The notes: generated by a model from the letters alone, not told the origin. A DNA stretch of 64,000 bases from Eubacteriales bacterium (GCA_031553225.1 JAVBLU010000042.1:5578-69577); one strand, 5' to 3'. Positions 46,211 through 56,065 are shown, numbered from the stretch's first letter. Program-made: numbers and translations.

Positions 46211-46597
46211 CTACGGCGTCACCTGGCAGCGCGCGCAGGCCGCCGCGCTGCCGCTATGCTGCCGCAGCGCCTGCGCACCCCACGCCCCCAGCTGCGCCAG
46301 GGCGGGCAGGATGCTTTGCCCCTTGTCGGTTAGGGCGTACTCCACGCGCGGGGGCACCTCGTTGTACTGCGTTCTTTGCACCATGCCCGCCGCCTCCAGA
46401 TCTTTGAGGGACTGTGAGAGCATCATGTTCGTTATGCCCGCAAGGCGCCGCCGAATGGTGCTGTACCGCACGGGCTGCCCGTCGGCCAGCATGCACAAAA
46501 TGGGCAGCCTCCATTTGCCGCCCACCACGTCCATGGCGTAACGCAAGGGGCACAGCTGATCCTGAATGTCGGCCTCTCCTCCGGCCTGCAACTGCAT
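46211..46597 (-). CDS. HxlR-family transcriptional regulator
   Basis: CPLRYAMDVVGGKWRLPILCMLADGQPVRYSTIRRRLAGITNMMLSQSLKDLEAAGMVQRTQYNEVPPRVEYALTDKG. The start was trimmed to MQLQAGGE, with a GAGGAGG SD. Confidence 0.9.
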   Translation of the reverse strand: MQLQAGGEADIQDQLCPLRYAMDVVGGKWRLPILCMLADGQPVRYSTIRRRLAGITNMMLSQSLKDLEAAGMVQRTQYNEVPPRVEYALTDKGQSILPALAQLGAWGAQALRQHSGSAAACARCQVTP

Positions 46598-46656
46598 GAA
46601 AGGGCCTCCTCGCTTATGGTATTTTCCGCGATACCTAGTCAGAGAAATCTGCGTAC

Positions 46657-46684
46657 TTGCTATACGCATACCAAGCGCTATAAT
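46657..46684 (+). promoter_or_regulatory. Candidate sigma-A promoter for the PNPOx-like/radical-SAM genes, overlapping a short dyad
   Basis: TTGCTA-16 nt-TATAAT. The dyad GCGTActtgctaTACGC overlaps the -35 and could be an HxlR operator. Confidence 0.45.
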
Positions 46685-46733
46685 CATCATATCGCGCGGA
46701 AGCGCCGATGGCAAGACAAAGGAGCTGTGCATC

Positions 46734-47129
46734 ATGGGACAGGTTATGGAGTTTCTGCAGGCCAACCGGGTGTTCTACTTGGCCACCACGGACGGAACCG
46801 CCGCGCACGTGCGGCCGCTTGGGTTTGTGATGGAGTGGGAGGGGCGTCTTGCGTTTTGCACCTCCAACCAAAAGGACATGTACCGCCAGATGCTCGCCCA
46901 TCCGCAGGTGGAAATCTGCTGCATGGACGAGCAGATGAACACGCTGCGCATCGCCGGCAAGGCCGTGTTTTGCACCAGCGCGGAGAGCCAGCGGCGGGCG
47001 CTGGAGGTGATGCCCGGGCTTTCGCGGCTGTACGCCGTGGGCGACGGCAAGTTTGAGATCTTCTGCATCGAAGGCGGCAGGGCCGTGTGCGCCACCATGC
47101 GGGGCGAGACCACGCAGCTGCCGCTGTAG
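46734..47129 (+). CDS. Pyridoxamine 5'-phosphate oxidase-like (split-barrel flavin-binding) protein
   Basis: MGQVMEFLQANRVFYLATTDGTAAHVRPLGFVMEWEGRLAFCTSNQKDMYRQMLAHPQVEICCM matches the PNPOx-like family pattern. SD is AAGGAG. The track ORF start was trimmed. Confidence 0.8.
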   Translation: MGQVMEFLQANRVFYLATTDGTAAHVRPLGFVMEWEGRLAFCTSNQKDMYRQMLAHPQVEICCMDEQMNTLRIAGKAVFCTSAESQRRALEVMPGLSRLYAVGDGKFEIFCIEGGRAVCATMRGETTQLPL

Positions 47130-47141
47130 CGGGAACAGCCG

Positions 47142-48236
47142 ATGGACATAAGCGCTTATCTCTCCAGCGGCATACGCGACATTGCCGGCACGCTTGCCCG
47201 GTTCTACCTGGGCAACCCCGGCGGACGCGCCTTTCTTGCGGACATGGCGGCGGCCGTGCCGCGCAGCGCCCGGCGGCGGAAAAAGCATGAGAAGGCGGGC
47301 GCGCACGTGCCGCCGTTCCTCATTTGCAGCGTCGCCTCCCGCTGCAACCTCAGCTGCCGGGGGTGTTACGCGCGCGCAAACGGCGCGTGCGGCCAAGATG
47401 CCGACGCCGACATGAGCGACGCGGATTGGCGGCGTGTGTTCGCGGAGGCGGCGGCCCTGGGCGTTTCCTTCATTTTGCTCGCCGGAGGCGAACCCCTCAT
47501 GCGACCCGGCGTTCTGGAGGCGGCGGCGCAGACGCCGGACGTGGTGTTCCCCGTATTTACGAACGGCACGCTTCTGGACGAGGGCTTCCTTGCGTTCTTC
47601 GACCGGCACCGCCGCCTGATCCCCGTGCTCAGTCTGGAGGGCGACGCCGCAGCGACGGACGAGCGGCGGGGCAGCGGCGTGCACGCGGCGCTGCAAACAG
47701 CCATGGCGCAGCTGGCGGCGCGCGGCGCGCTCTTTGGCGCGTCCATCACCGTTACGGCGCAGAACATGCGCGCCGTAACGGAGGGCTCGTTCCTGTCCGA
47801 TCTGCGCAGCCGGGGCTGCGGCATCGTGTTCTTTGTGGACTATGTGCCCGCCGAGGAAGGCACGCAGGAACTCGCGCTGAGCGATGAGGGTCTGACGGAG
47901 CTGAAGGGCCGCCTGGCGGCGCTGCGCGCCGACCCGCGCAACGCGGGGATCAACCTGCTCTCCTTTCCCGGCGACGAGGATGAAATGGGCGGATGCCTGG
48001 CGGCCGGGCGCGGGTTCTTCCACATCAACAGCCGGGGCGGCGCGGAGCCATGCCCTTTCTCTCCTTACTCGGCCGTGAACCTGAAGGACGGCACGCTGAT
48101 GGACGCGCTGCGTTCCCCATTTTTCGCCCGGGTGCGCGAGGTGGGTGCGGAGGCTGCCGCGCGGCGCGAAGGCGGGTGCGCGCTGTTCACGCACCGGGAG
48201 GACGTGCTGGCCGCTCTGCAGGGCGAGGACGCTTAG
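47142..48236 (+). CDS. Radical SAM protein (MoaA/NifB/PqqE-type core with a C-terminal Cys-containing extension)
   Basis: CX3CX2C cluster motif SRCNLSCRGCY, then GVSFILLAGGEPLM. The C-terminus reads GGCLAAGRGFFHINSRGGAEPCPFSPY. It begins 12 nt after the PNPOx-like gene. Confidence 0.85.
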   Translation: MDISAYLSSGIRDIAGTLARFYLGNPGGRAFLADMAAAVPRSARRRKKHEKAGAHVPPFLICSVASRCNLSCRGCYARANGACGQDADADMSDADWRRVFAEAAALGVSFILLAGGEPLMRPGVLEAAAQTPDVVFPVFTNGTLLDEGFLAFFDRHRRLIPVLSLEGDAAATDERRGSGVHAALQTAMAQLAARGALFGASITVTAQNMRAVTEGSFLSDLRSRGCGIVFFVDYVPAEEGTQELALSDEGLTELKGRLAALRADPRNAGINLLSFPGDEDEMGGCLAAGRGFFHINSRGGAEPCPFSPYSAVNLKDGTLMDALRSPFFARVREVGAEAAARREGGCALFTHREDVLAALQGEDA

Positions 48237-48286
48237 GGGCTTGGCGCACGCGGCGCGGGGGGCGGCGGGCAGCGCCCACATACGAA

Positions 48287-48312
48287 AGCCGGCGTCCAAT
48301 ACGGCGCCGGCT
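48287..48312. terminator. Hairpin downstream of the radical SAM gene (weak terminator candidate)
   Basis: AGCCGGCG-10 nt loop-CGCCGGCT. There is no strong U-tract on either strand. Confidence 0.35.
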
Positions 48313-48518
48313 CGGCTTGTGAAAAGCCCACGCCTTTGCGATGCAGGCAGCGCGCAAAGCGCCCGGCGTTTTCCGCGGCGCACGTACCCGGCACCCATGG
48401 CGCGCCTTACGCTTTTGATGCAGGCGATGTTACTTTTCCAGGCGGTGCATCATGTTTTTATCAGCAGAGAATTACACTTCACCCGTTTCTTCATTTGCGC
48501 CTTTACTCAGCTCAACTA

Positions 48519-48775
48519 TCAAGTGTCCGGAACCATATACCCGTATGTCTTTGAGGATTCCGCGTTTGCTGCTGATTGAATCGCAACATACGCAGGTTTG
48601 GCGTTATAGCTGTTCTCGTTTTCGCAAGCAATGCTTCCATCTCGCCGAAAACCGCTGCCCCGCTTGTTCGGGCGAACCCCAAGACCCTCTCATTCACCCC
48701 CAAATGGGGTGCATGTGAAGCCGGCGGAACCGGCTGCTTGTGGGGCAAAAATGAAGTGGGCAAATGGATAATCAA
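48519..48775 (-). pseudogene. Possible frameshifted remnant of a glycoside-hydrolase C-terminus
   Basis: Two reverse frames join to give ...GEMEALL / (C)ENENSYNAKPAYVAIQSA... This resembles the LLFDxNxxxKPAY ending of TIM-barrel glycosidases (GH10-like). There is no intact ORF, start or SD. Confidence 0.25.
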
Positions 48776-48812
48776 GCTGCCTGAATGCTTTGTGCTTGTA
48801 GCGGCATTGCGC

Positions 48813-49772
48813 CTATTTTGCGTGTTCTGCCTTTATTCCAATCGGGAAATAGTATTCGGCCTGTTGGTATCCCAAGAGGTTTTTATGAGGGCCGAATGCA
48901 TGAAACATCACATGGTGTCCGGGACGGTCATCATACATTAGTCTATCGTGTTCAGCCAGCCATTCATTTATATTGTTATATGCCTTGACCAGAGTGTTGG
49001 CGTCCCAATCATGGGTGACGGCGGTTGCAAAAAGTCCGCCTTCAAATGTAAAAATTTCGAAGCCATCGGTATCTTCTTCACTTACCCAATCTTCAATGGC
49101 ATACCACCATACAGCAGGGCCCGTGCCCGGCGGAGCTACATGAACCATGAAATCTCTTGGAAAAAACCTGTCTTTCCTCTGTTCGTCAAGTTTGTTCCAT
49201 ACATTTTCAAATCGCCTGATCGTTTCCTCGTCACCGCTTCCGGAGGTGATCATTCTGCATGCAGACAGCTGAACGATTCTGATGTCCGTTCTTTTTTCGA
49301 GTTTCTCCGTCACCGCAATTAAGCGGTTCACGTTTGAGGGTTTCCCTATATAGTCAATGTTGATCAACTGAGTTTCAATGCCTTTGGCCTTTTCATAAAG
49401 CATTTTTACATTGGCATCACTATGAAAATCCATTTGCTCAATATGCTGAATAAACCCAAGCACAATTTCCTTCAGCTCATGCAACAACGCGACTTCGTCG
49501 TCGATGTTCTGGACCTTTTTGCCTAAAACCTCCAGCACGACGTCAGACCCGGACGCTGCGAATATGCGTCGGATGTCTCTGACGCTGATGTTGAGCTTCC
49601 GCAGAATCAGAATTTGCTCGAGCCGTTTAATCGCGGTTTCGTCATACATTCTATAGGCGTAATCTGCGCTCCGGGTGCTGGCGATGAGGCCCATATCTTC
49701 GTAATACCGCAGCGTGCGCGCCGTGATGTCGTACTTACTTGAAACCTCTTGAATTCTTATTAGATCGTTCAT
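48813..49772 (-). CDS. MerR-family regulator with a GyrI-like/effector-binding C-terminal domain
   Basis: IRIQEVSSKYDITARTLRYYEDMGLIASTRSADYAYRMYDETAIKRLEQILILRKLNISVRDIRRIF, followed by a C-terminal domain of about 200 aa. G+C is visibly lower than in the flanking DNA. Confidence 0.9.
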   Translation of the reverse strand: MNDLIRIQEVSSKYDITARTLRYYEDMGLIASTRSADYAYRMYDETAIKRLEQILILRKLNISVRDIRRIFAASGSDVVLEVLGKKVQNIDDEVALLHELKEIVLGFIQHIEQMDFHSDANVKMLYEKAKGIETQLINIDYIGKPSNVNRLIAVTEKLEKRTDIRIVQLSACRMITSGSGDEETIRRFENVWNKLDEQRKDRFFPRDFMVHVAPPGTGPAVWWYAIEDWVSEEDTDGFEIFTFEGGLFATAVTHDWDANTLVKAYNNINEWLAEHDRLMYDDRPGHHVMFHAFGPHKNLLGYQQAEYYFPIGIKAEHAK

Positions 49773-49817
49773 GTCTTGTGCCCCTCTGTTTTAGTAGGCT
49801 GTATCACCTCTAAAAAG

Positions 49818-49848
49818 AGAATAACCGCTTCCCCAAAGGAAGAGTCAA
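49818..49848 (-). promoter_or_regulatory. MerR-type promoter with a 19-nt spacer containing a dyad
   Basis: The reverse strand reads TTGACT-cttcctttggggaagcggt-TATTCT. The spacer is 19 nt, with CTTCC/GGAAG inverted repeats. An overlong spacer with a central dyad is typical of MerR-family operators. Confidence 0.5.
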
Positions 49849-49964
49849 GAGGTAACACCCATTTTAACATATCACAGCGAAACAGGCGTACTATGCGCCA
49901 AATAAAAGACAAATGCGAACGCCTCGCCGATGAAAATCGGTTGAGGGTTCGCATATAGCCCCAA

Positions 49965-50055
49965 TGGCGGAGAGTCAGGGATTTGAACCCTGGGACGGGT
50001 ATAAGCCGTCACACGATTTCCAGTCGTGCGCCTTAGACCACTCAGCCAACTCTCC
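49965..50055 (-). tRNA. tRNA-Ser (anticodon GGA), CCA encoded
   Basis: GGAGAGT/ACTCTCC acceptor stem, CACGA-CTGGAAA-TCGTG anticodon arm, long variable arm, CAGGG-TTCAAAT-CCCTG T-arm, discriminator G, CCA. Confidence 0.95.
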
Positions 50056-50075
50056 ACGGCGGGTCACGGTTATGT

Positions 50076-50104
50076 ATCATAGCACAGCGGAAGGAAAAAA
50101 GCAA
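50076..50104 (-). promoter_or_regulatory. Candidate sigma-A promoter for tRNA-Ser
   Basis: The reverse strand reads TTGCTT-17 nt-TATGAT, about 20 nt upstream of the mature 5' end. Confidence 0.5.
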
Positions 50105-50167
50105 GCATATTCATGGCCCGGCGGCTGTGGTATGCTGTGGCCATTATGGAAAGGAGCGAGAGCGGAT

Positions 50168-51466
50168 ATGCTGCCCATTTGCGTAAGCGACGACGGCCAT
50201 TTTTTAACCACTGCGGACGGCGCGCCCTTTTATTGGCTGGGCGACACGGCCTGGGAGCTTTTTCACCGCCTGAACCGCGAGGACGCGGCGGCCTACCTAA
50301 GCGCCCGGGCCAGCCAGGGGTTCAACGTTGTGCAGGCCGTGGCCCTGTCGGAGTTTGAGGGCCTGAGCGTGCCCAACGCCTTTGGCCGGACACCGCTTCT
50401 TAGGGACGAGTCCGGCGCGTACGATCCCTGCCTCGCAGACCTTGATGGCTTTTCTTACTGGCACTTCATGGACGAAGTGATCGGCATGGCGGAGGCGCGC
50501 GGGCTGTATGTGGCGCTGTTGCCCTCCTGGGGCGACAAATGGAACCGGATGTGGGGCAAGGGCCCGGAGATCTTCACCCCCAAAAACGCCTTTTGCTATG
50601 GCAGATGGATCGGCGGGCGCTACGCCGGCCGTGCGAACGTGGTGTGGATGATGGGCGGCGACCGCCGCCTTGCGAGCGCGGAGCACCGCCTGATTGTGCG
50701 CGCCATGGCCGAGGGTATCCGCGCGGCGGGCGCGGCTCAGCTGATGACCTTCCACCCCGGCGGCGGCCATTCCTCCTCCGAGGACGTGCAGGAGGAAGGT
50801 TGGCTGCAGATGAACGCCATACAAAGCGGCCACGGCGCGCGCTGCCTGGACAGCTGGAAGCTGATCGCCGCCGACCGCGGCCTCTCCCCCGTGCGGCCGG
50901 TGATCAACGCCGAACCGCGCTACGAGGATCATCCGGCCTACTTTCGCTCCAGCGCCGGGTACCTGTGGGGCGCGTGGGAAACGCGCGTGCACGCCTGGTG
51001 GGATCCCTTAAGCGGCGCGGCGGGCGTCACCTACGGCAACCACAGCGTTTGGTCCATGACCACGGAGGTGACGCCCTACTTCCCCTTCACCTGGCGGGAA
51101 GCGCTTTGGCACGAAGGGGCGCAGCAGGCGCGCATCCCCAAGGACGTGTGCCTGCGCTGGGCCCCCGTGCGCGAGCCTTGCCCGGAGCTGATCGCCGACC
51201 CGGGCGACGCGACCGGCCACATCGCCGCCTGCCGCTGCGGCGAAAACGCGCTGGTGTATTCGCCGCTCGGCCTGCCCTTCCGCGCGAACCTTCAGCTGCT
51301 TTCCCCGCGCGTGGAGCAGCCCGTGCGCGCCCGGTGGATCGATCCCCGCAGCGGCAAGCAGAGCGTAATCGGCCTGTTTCCGGGCGAGCCGTGCACGTTC
51401 GTGCCGCCCGCGCAGGGGCAGGGAAACGACTGGGCGCTGGTGCTGGAAACGCTGCGGGAGCGTTGA
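50168..51466 (+). CDS. DUF4038/GH140-like glycoside hydrolase
   Basis: Track ORF 49964..51466 trimmed to MLPICVSDDGHFLTTADGAPFYWLGDTAWELFHRLNREDAAAYLSARASQGFNVVQ... The track start lies inside the tRNA. The family assignment is from memory of the FxWLGDTxW motif. Confidence 0.72.
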   Translation: MLPICVSDDGHFLTTADGAPFYWLGDTAWELFHRLNREDAAAYLSARASQGFNVVQAVALSEFEGLSVPNAFGRTPLLRDESGAYDPCLADLDGFSYWHFMDEVIGMAEARGLYVALLPSWGDKWNRMWGKGPEIFTPKNAFCYGRWIGGRYAGRANVVWMMGGDRRLASAEHRLIVRAMAEGIRAAGAAQLMTFHPGGGHSSSEDVQEEGWLQMNAIQSGHGARCLDSWKLIAADRGLSPVRPVINAEPRYEDHPAYFRSSAGYLWGAWETRVHAWWDPLSGAAGVTYGNHSVWSMTTEVTPYFPFTWREALWHEGAQQARIPKDVCLRWAPVREPCPELIADPGDATGHIAACRCGENALVYSPLGLPFRANLQLLSPRVEQPVRARWIDPRSGKQSVIGLFPGEPCTFVPPAQGQGNDWALVLETLRER

Positions 51467-51491
51467 CAATCGCCCGCCGCAGGCATATAAT
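51463..51491 (+). promoter_or_regulatory. Consensus sigma-A promoter for the T-box/cysE-cysS transcript
   Basis: TTGACA-17 nt-TATAAT is a perfect consensus. The -35 overlaps the stop codon of the upstream gene. Confidence 0.65.
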
Positions 51492-51499
51492 ATAGGCAA

Positions 51500-51895
51500 T
51501 CGCATACAGGCAATGACGGGGAAGAACGCCAAGCGCGCCGACAGAGAGAAGAGGACGGAAACGGCTGGAATCCTCTTCCGGACCGTGCAACGCGTATAAA
51601 GTGCGCCCAGGAGCCGTGCGCCCAAGCGCTTATGCAGCCACCGATGCAAGAAGGAACGGCGACCGCTTCACTTATAGGCTTTGGATGTGCCAGGACGGCT
51701 GCGCAAGGAGCCGCATCGCACGACGAGCAAAGGCGGGCGCCCGTATTCTACGGATGACCTTCGGCAAAGGGCTGCGCGCACCGGGCGCGCCGAGACCGCC
51801 GCGTTACGGCGAGGACGAGGAGCGGATGATATCCGTTCGCAGTCAGGGTGGAACCGCAATCAATGCCCCTGCTTACCCGCAGGGGCGTTTTGTTG
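51500..51895 (+). promoter_or_regulatory. T-box riboswitch, probable Cys specifier (UGC)
   Basis: Stem I elements (gacAGAGAGaagagg, ccgUGCAAcg specifier candidate), the T-box sequence agtcaGGGTGGAACCGCaat, and the terminator GCCCCTGC-ttaccc-GCAGGGGC followed by gTTTTGTTGTTT. Confidence 0.85.
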
Positions 51896-51991
51896 TTTCC
51901 GGCCGGGGAGGCGTTTCGCGCCGCGGGCAGCACGCCCGGCCTCAAAGCGGCGCATGGCCCGTCACCGCCTGCCAAGGGAAGGAGTTTTCGC

Positions 51992-52697
51992 ATGTTCTCC
52001 CGCATCCGATACGACACGCGCGCCATTCTGCAGCGCGACCCGGCCGCCAGGGGCGCTGTGGAGGTGGTTTTGTGCTACCCAAGCTTCTGGGCGGTGCTCC
52101 TGCACCGTCTGGCGCACCGGCTGTGGACGTGGCGGCTGCGGCTGCTGGCGCGCCTCATCTCGCAGTGGTCGCGCTTCTTTACGGGCATCGAGATCCACCC
52201 GGGCGCGCAGATCGGGCCCGGACTGTTCATCGACCACGGCTCGGGCGTGGTCATCGGCGAAACCACGGTGATCGGCCGCGACTGCACGCTGTACCAGGGC
52301 GTAACCCTGGGCGGCACGGGGAAGGATACCGGCAAGCGCCATCCCACCCTGGGCGACCGGGTGGTGGTGGGCACGGGCGCGAAGGTGCTTGGGCCGTTTA
52401 CGGTGGGTGACGACGCCAAAATCGGCGCGGGCGCGGTGGTGCTCAAAGAGGTGCCCGGCAACTGCACCGTGGTGGGCAATCCCGGCCGCGTGGTGCGCAA
52501 GGGCGCGGCGCGCGTGGAGGTGGACCTGGACCAGGTGCACCTGCCCGACCCGGTGAAGGAGCACCTGCAGCGCATGGAGGCGCGCGTCGCGTCCCTGGAG
52601 GAATGCCTTCGCCGGCAGCGCGAGGGCGCGTGCAACGACCGATGTCCCGACCGCGACAGCCCCGCCTGCCCCACATCAACGAAGGAGCCGATGAACC

Positions 52698-52714
<17 letters not shown>
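51992..52714 (+). CDS. cysE: Serine O-acetyltransferase
   Basis: [21 protein letters not shown]...[31 protein letters not shown]...[21 protein letters not shown] shows hexapeptide repeats. SD is AAGGGAAGGAG. The track start was trimmed. Confidence 0.93.
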
Positions 52715-54092
<1,378 letters not shown>

Positions 54093-54481
54093 GACGCGGG
54101 CGCAGGTGACGGAAGGGACGGGGTTGGCGCAAGGCCCCGCCTCCCCGCGCCCTCCGGCAAGGAGGAAAAGGCTTTGGATCCCATCGCCCGGGGGATCAGC
54201 ATAACCATTTGGAAGCGCGCGGTGTTTCCCCATGTCCGCGGCTTCGGGCGGGCCCGGGCCGCCAACAAAGCGGAAGCGCATACGGCGGGGAGCGGGCATG
54301 GCCCGCTCCCGCTTGCGTTATGCGCTTGTCGTATCGCTTTGGTTTCCATGGCGCGGAGTGTCACAGAACAAAACGGCGGGGCGCATATCGTCCGCGTGGC
54401 GGACAAGCCGCCTATCGGGAGCGCCGGTTGAAGCACTATCTATGCGTAGGAGCTCTTATAGCGGTTTGGGAGGGTGAACGC

Positions 54482-56065
54482 ATGCGCAAGGAGGAGATAC
54501 TGCGCTTTGTCGAGCCCATCATGGGGTTCTGCGTCAAGCGGCTGGCCAACCGCGCCGACGCCGAGGACCTGGCGAGCGACATTATGTTGCACGCGCTGGA
54601 CGGCATGGCACGCTATGACATTGAGCAGCCGGACGCTTGGGTGTGGCGCATCGCGCACAACCGCTATGCGCGGCTGATACAGGAGCGCCAGCGGCAGGAC
54701 CAGGCGCGTTTCAAGGCGACGCAGGGCGCGCAGGACGACATGGATTTCATCGACGAACTACAGGTGAAAGAAGAGCATGCCGAGGCGTTCCGGGCGCTGC
54801 ATTCCCTCGCCAACGAGTACAGAAACATCCTTGTCGACTACTACATTCATGAGATGTCCGTGAAGGGCCTCTGCGAGAAATACGCTCTGCCGGAGAGCAC
54901 CGTTAAATGGCGGCTCAACATCGGCAGGCAGCGAATAAAGAAAAGGTTGGGAGCGATCTGCGTGGATAAAGTGTACCAGCGCATCAACTGGAATACCGAC
55001 ACATGCAACGGCAATGTGGATGTCGAGCGATACCTGCATACGCAAATCGCCCGGGCGATTTGCCAGGCGGCCTATGAGAAGCCTGCAAGCGTCGAGGAGA
55101 TCAGCGACAGAACGGGGATACCCGCCATGTACATTGAGGACGAGCTGCCCCGGCTCATCGGCGGCGATGCGGTAAGCGCGGCGGGCGGCAAATACGGGGC
55201 CGACTTCATCGTGCTGCGCCAAGGCGATATCAAGGCTTTGGAGGCGAGCTTTCTGCCGCTGGCGGAGGGCATTGCCGCGCGTATGCAAGCGATGATGGAG
55301 GAGCGGCGCGACGCGGTGGCAAAGCTGCCGTTTTACGGCGCGGACTTTGGTCTGGCGCGCCTGGGGCACATCATCGTTCCTGCAGTGCTGCGCGCTCGGG
55401 TAAACAACATCATGAAGCAAACGAGCGGCCTTTCGGTCGGACCGTATCCTCCGCGCAAGGACGGCGGCTACGGCTGGTTTGTCGTTCAGGAAGCCCCCGA
55501 CGCAGACGAACGGATGCCGCCCTATGCCAGCGGGTGCAACAGCAGCGGTTTGGGCCGCAAGCACGGTTTCGTCTACTACTATTGGATCGGCAGGTACTTT
55601 GACGAGGCGCTGTGGAACGACGGCGGAATCAGGTGGCTGACCGCGCAGGGTCTGCCCCGCAGGGCTGAGGACGGGCTCATTCCCGAGCGTCTTTTGACGC
55701 AGGAGGAGCTGATCCGGCTGGTAAAAAACAACCTGGTCGTCAAATCCGGCGCGGGTTACAAGCTCAACTTCGCTTGTTTTTCTCAGGAGGCCTTCGCCCG
55801 GTTTGCCGAGCTGTTCACCGGCACGGACGAGGCCGTCGAGGAACCGCTCCGCAGGCTGATCGACGGCGTCCATGCCCAATTTAAGGCGTTTGTGCCCAAG
55901 CGGCTGGACGGCCAAATCAACCAATATGTGAGAGGGTACGTCCAAAGCATCGTCGGCTATGTCCTACAGCGCCTGGTCGACGAGGGTCTGCTCGCTTCGC
56001 CCGAAGACGGCAAACCACTGACCGACGGGGTGTTTTATATCGACGGGCCGTATGCAGCGCCGTAG
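54482..56065 (+). CDS. Sigma-70 family (ECF-like) sigma factor with a C-terminal extension of about 350 aa and no TM segment
   Basis: Track ORF trimmed to MRKEEILRFVEPIMGF... Region 2 is DAEDLASDIMLHALDG...WVWRIAHNRYARLIQ. Region 4 is YRNILVDYYIHEMSVKGLCEKYALPESTVKWRLNIGRQRIKKRL. SD is GGGAGGGTG. Confidence 0.85.
   Translation: MRKEEILRFVEPIMGFCVKRLANRADAEDLASDIMLHALDGMARYDIEQPDAWVWRIAHNRYARLIQERQRQDQARFKATQGAQDDMDFIDELQVKEEHAEAFRALHSLANEYRNILVDYYIHEMSVKGLCEKYALPESTVKWRLNIGRQRIKKRLGAICVDKVYQRINWNTDTCNGNVDVERYLHTQIARAICQAAYEKPASVEEISDRTGIPAMYIEDELPRLIGGDAVSAAGGKYGADFIVLRQGDIKALEASFLPLAEGIAARMQAMMEERRDAVAKLPFYGADFGLARLGHIIVPAVLRARVNNIMKQTSGLSVGPYPPRKDGGYGWFVVQEAPDADERMPPYASGCNSSGLGRKHGFVYYYWIGRYFDEALWNDGGIRWLTAQGLPRRAEDGLIPERLLTQEELIRLVKNNLVVKSGAGYKLNFACFSQEAFARFAELFTGTDEAVEEPLRRLIDGVHAQFKAFVPKRLDGQINQYVRGYVQSIVGYVLQRLVDEGLLASPEDGKPLTDGVFYIDGPYAAP

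Noticed and set aside
46635-48398. 587-aa minus-strand ORF
   Set aside because: It is antisense to the PNPOx-like and radical-SAM genes, which carry diagnostic motifs (CX3CX2C). The translation is Arg/Ala/Gly/Pro-rich with no domain signature.
48240-48520. Looked for an att-type direct repeat of the tRNA-Ser 3' end, and for an integrase, to delimit the low-G+C islet
   Set aside because: I saw no copy of the GGTTCAAATCCCTGACTCTCCGCCA-type sequence by eye, and no recombinase ORF. The island boundaries therefore remain inferred from composition only.
54174-54431. 85-codon plus-strand ORF with a good SD (AAGGAGG, 8 nt, TTG) between cysS and the sigma-factor gene; considered as a possible small regulator or anti-sigma factor
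   Set aside because: The translation has no recognisable fold features. A perfect 10-bp hairpin (GGGAGCGGGC-atg-GCCCGCTCCC, 54287-54310) sits inside it and looks more like an RNA element, and third-position G+C decays in the second half. I left it uncalled, but ribosome profiling could revive it.
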